A stretch of DNA of 64,000 bases, from positions 79,939 through 143,938 of the forward strand of contig NMRA01000633.1 in assembly GCA_002633005.1 (NCBI GenBank), in the 5' to 3' direction. Source of the DNA: Phoronis australis (Eukaryota > Animalia > Phoronida). Below, piece by piece: positions 63,277 to 64,000 of the stretch (the stretch's first letter is position 1; the number at the start of each line of letters is the position of its first letter). The position numbers and the translations under genes are program-made. A model generated the notes under the pieces. That model searched no databases, had not been told where the DNA came from, and saw only the letters and a program-made list of their open reading frames with translations.

Positions 63277-64000
63277 CGTATTCGCCGTAATAACCGCCCA
63301 CAGCGCTTTTTCAGAGGGGGCGCTTATTATGAAACCCCGTCTCCGAAACGGGTGAAATTGGAAGCTAAGATTCATCACATTTACGCTCTGTGACGTATCT
63401 GTAATCTATAAAAGACTTTCTACAAAATCGTGGTGCATTGCTATCAAACTTTGCTTCTAAATTACGATCATTTTACAGAAAATTGTGCTGAAATCCCAGG
63501 GTGAAAACTAGCCAATGCTGCCTCGTAATCGTCGATATGCTGACTTGAATGCTTGAATAAAAATAGTTTCGACTCGAGCAAATTACCCGAAATCCTCCTT
63601 AAAAGGGAACTGTATTTTATTCTGAATAAATTCTGGATAGTTTTCTATGAATTGTTGATTAATTTCACAAATAATTCAACACCAAAAATTAAACTTATAT
63701 TCTCTAACGAAGCTCAAAAAAATACTGGCTTGGAGCGCTGCTTAGTCTCGTGACGTATTTGGCGGGGGCAAAGTCACTGTCCTGTGTTAGCGTGCAATTA
63801 AGTAGCGTTTTTCATATTGTCGGAATAAGAAATTTTAGTGTGAAATGTCGTGTCACAAGGGATACCTGTTTGAGCCGAGGCAACACAAAGTGATACCCAG
63901 TCATCGTCATCGTCAGACGAAAATTTGCCGGTGCAACTGGTGTCAGTGACTGTGCCGAGGGCAATGTGGACTCTAGCCATCCAGTCAGCCAGCTGTCAGC
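63277..64000. mobile_element. Tc2-like element running off the window; related fragment at ~59110-59430
   Basis: ta|ccgtattcgccgtaataaccgccc terminus; 63310-63590 is colinear with 59115-59420. Confidence 0.55.

Noticed and set aside
63798-63980. Acidic ORF (SSDDDDDW)
   Set aside because: Inside a transposon-like region at the window edge; no recognisable domain.

Overview
AT-rich, repeat-dense eukaryotic (invertebrate-like animal) genomic DNA, not prokaryotic. The window is dominated by one minus-strand spliced gene of the RBMS/MSSP (vertebrate RBMS1/2/3; Drosophila alan shepard, C. elegans sup-26) two-RRM RNA-binding family. Nine exons at 23439-4419 join in frame with GT-AG boundaries, and a plausible first coding exon lies 33 kb upstream at 56817-56921 (model about 366 aa). 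The introns hold non-autonomous DNA transposons (Helentron-type HINEs, hAT-like, Tc2/pogo-like, Harbinger, ISL2EU-like MITEs), two LINE relics and many unrelated minisatellites. Most notable: (i) a HINE family whose internal ~150-bp tandem monomers each carry a co-oriented CTCF-consensus motif, (ii) a candidate alternative last exon giving the RRM protein a hydrophobic tail anchor, (iii) two TIR elements with 5-bp TSDs, (iv) sequence shared between unrelated transposon families, and (v) an assembly junction that appears to capture both alleles of a polymorphic insertion. All calls were made by eye; no searches were run.
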